Positions 63,093-64,000 of a DNA stretch of 64,000 nt are shown here, piece after piece; the first letter of the stretch is position 1; every line of letters begins with the position of its first letter. The notes below the pieces were generated by a model. That model searched no databases and was not told the DNA's origin. It saw nothing but the letters and a program-made list of their open reading frames with translations. Location of the stretch: the NCBI GenBank assembly GCA_965216565.1, contig OZ244170.1, positions 1,600,001-1,664,000 of the forward strand, given 5' to 3'. Origin of the DNA: Bythopirellula sp. Lineage in GTDB: Bacteria > Planctomycetota > Planctomycetia > Pirellulales > Lacipirellulaceae. Made by a program: the position numbers and the translations under genes.

Positions 63093-63136
63093 TGGTCAGG
63101 GCCGGGATCGAACCGGCGACACATGGATTTTCAGTC
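63093..63136 (-). other. 3' fragment of tRNA-Phe(GAA), probable att site
   Basis: Minus strand GA-CTGAAAA-TCCAT-GTGTC-GCCGG-TTCGATC-CCGGC-CCTGACC-A; D arm and 5' acceptor strand are absent. Confidence 0.85.
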
Positions 63137-63334
63137 TTACCTAAGCGAAGCACTGAATCGTGTCACCGAGCTGCTCGAAAAGATCCTCAACAAAGAGGGC
63201 GGCCCCTAGGGAACCAATGGATAGGTAGCAAGGAAGCTGCTTCCGCACGACTATCGTGGACGGCAAGCGGCGAGACGAAGAAGCATTTCGGGCGTTTGCC
63301 TGGGAACTTGGTATGGCGGCTGATTTTGGGGCGG

Positions 63335-63865
63335 CTATTTCGGCTTGTAGATATTGAGAACAACCATATGCGCATGACAAACGAGCAAGAACTGGGATCT
63401 CGGATCAAACGCATTAAGAGGTGGTTCGTCTCCGAAGAGAAAATACCTATTCATCTTGGAGAGATATTCCCTTTCTATCGATTCATCAAGGGTAAAGGTC
63501 TTCCAATTGTGTGCGCAGTGGTTTCGAAGCTTTCGAATGCGGTGCAAGTCAGCAGCGGACTCTGCATTCACTTCACCCAAGCAATGAAGAAGGTGGATGC
63601 GAGCAGAAAAACTTGATAACGGACCTAGTCCTTCAAAGAGAGCCCTTGAGGACTTTTTACTTCCATGGCTTAGGAGCCTCTTGGCTCTTTCGAGAACCAA
63701 GTCATCGATATACGAACAAGCGCAGATTACGAGACTGCGATCCGCCTCATCATGGAGCGTTTTCAGGAAATCATTCACGACTTCCCTGGCTTGGAACTCA
63801 ATAACCCCAGGAGAAAGTACCGAATCTTCCCCAACTATAAGTCCAGTTATTCGGTGCCTCTTCAT
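63335..63865 (-). CDS. MtlR-like / HEPN-superfamily protein
   Basis: DRSLVI...YIDD, LFEGLGPLSSFSARI, DL..IRKLRNHCAH (Rx4H). Confidence 0.7.
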   Translation of the reverse strand: MKRHRITGLIVGEDSVLSPGVIEFQAREVVNDFLKTLHDEADRSLVICACSYIDDLVLERAKRLLSHGSKKSSRALFEGLGPLSSFSARIHLLHCLGEVNAESAADLHRIRKLRNHCAHNWKTFTLDESIEREYLSKMNRYFLFGDEPPLNAFDPRSQFLLVCHAHMVVLNIYKPK

Positions 63866-64000
63866 ATTTCACAACCACTCAAAAGATCATGGGAAACCAT
63901 ACTAATTTTGCCCCCCCGCGCCCGGTTGAGCAATACTGTACCTGCTTGGTCTCTGGACAAGTTGCGATTAACTGAATCGCTTAATCTAAGCTGGAACGAT

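Noticed and set aside
63093..63136. Functional tRNA-Phe gene
   Set aside because: The 5' half (acceptor strand and D arm) is missing; recorded as an att-like fragment
63092..63616. 174-aa plus-strand ORF starting MVRAGIEPATHGFSV
   Set aside because: Typical antisense-tRNA translation artefact that also overlaps the HEPN-like gene
1..64000. CRISPR array, rRNA, intact transposase or integrase
   Set aside because: No repeat-spacer periodicity or matching motifs seen

Overview
A bacterial chromosomal window, most likely from Planctomycetota (Pirellulales-like). This is inferred from DUF1598, PEP-CTERM, methanofuran-type C1 genes, a FHA-GAF sigma-54 activator and a MoxR/VWA cluster. In order it carries an SRPBCC gene, nfo, an Lnt fused to a type IV pilin-like domain, ndk, a fatty acid desaturase, mfnD/F/E-like genes, and a sufR-nuoB-sufCBD-Rieske-sufT operon. 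These are followed by an NSS transporter with a small partner gene, dusB, a glycosyltransferase-sulfotransferase pair, a Ser/Thr kinase, and a DoxX / Tat-Gfo/Idh/MocA / peroxiredoxin-like locus. A ~24 kb, 11-gene MoxR-DUF58-VWA envelope cluster ends in three HtrA-like genes. HU and a tRNA-Phe 3' fragment, probably the edge of an integrated element, close the window. The main hidden signals are: (1) a UGA-interrupted lipoprotein with a W-U-P-F-C motif and a SECIS-like hairpin, a probable selenoprotein that the ORF track splits in two; (2) the Lnt-prepilin fusion; (3) one active plus two catalytically dead HtrA paralogs in the MoxR cluster; (4) an orphan nuoB inside the suf operon; (5) an att-like tRNA fragment next to a HEPN/MtlR-like gene. 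All calls come from reading motifs by eye; no searches were run.
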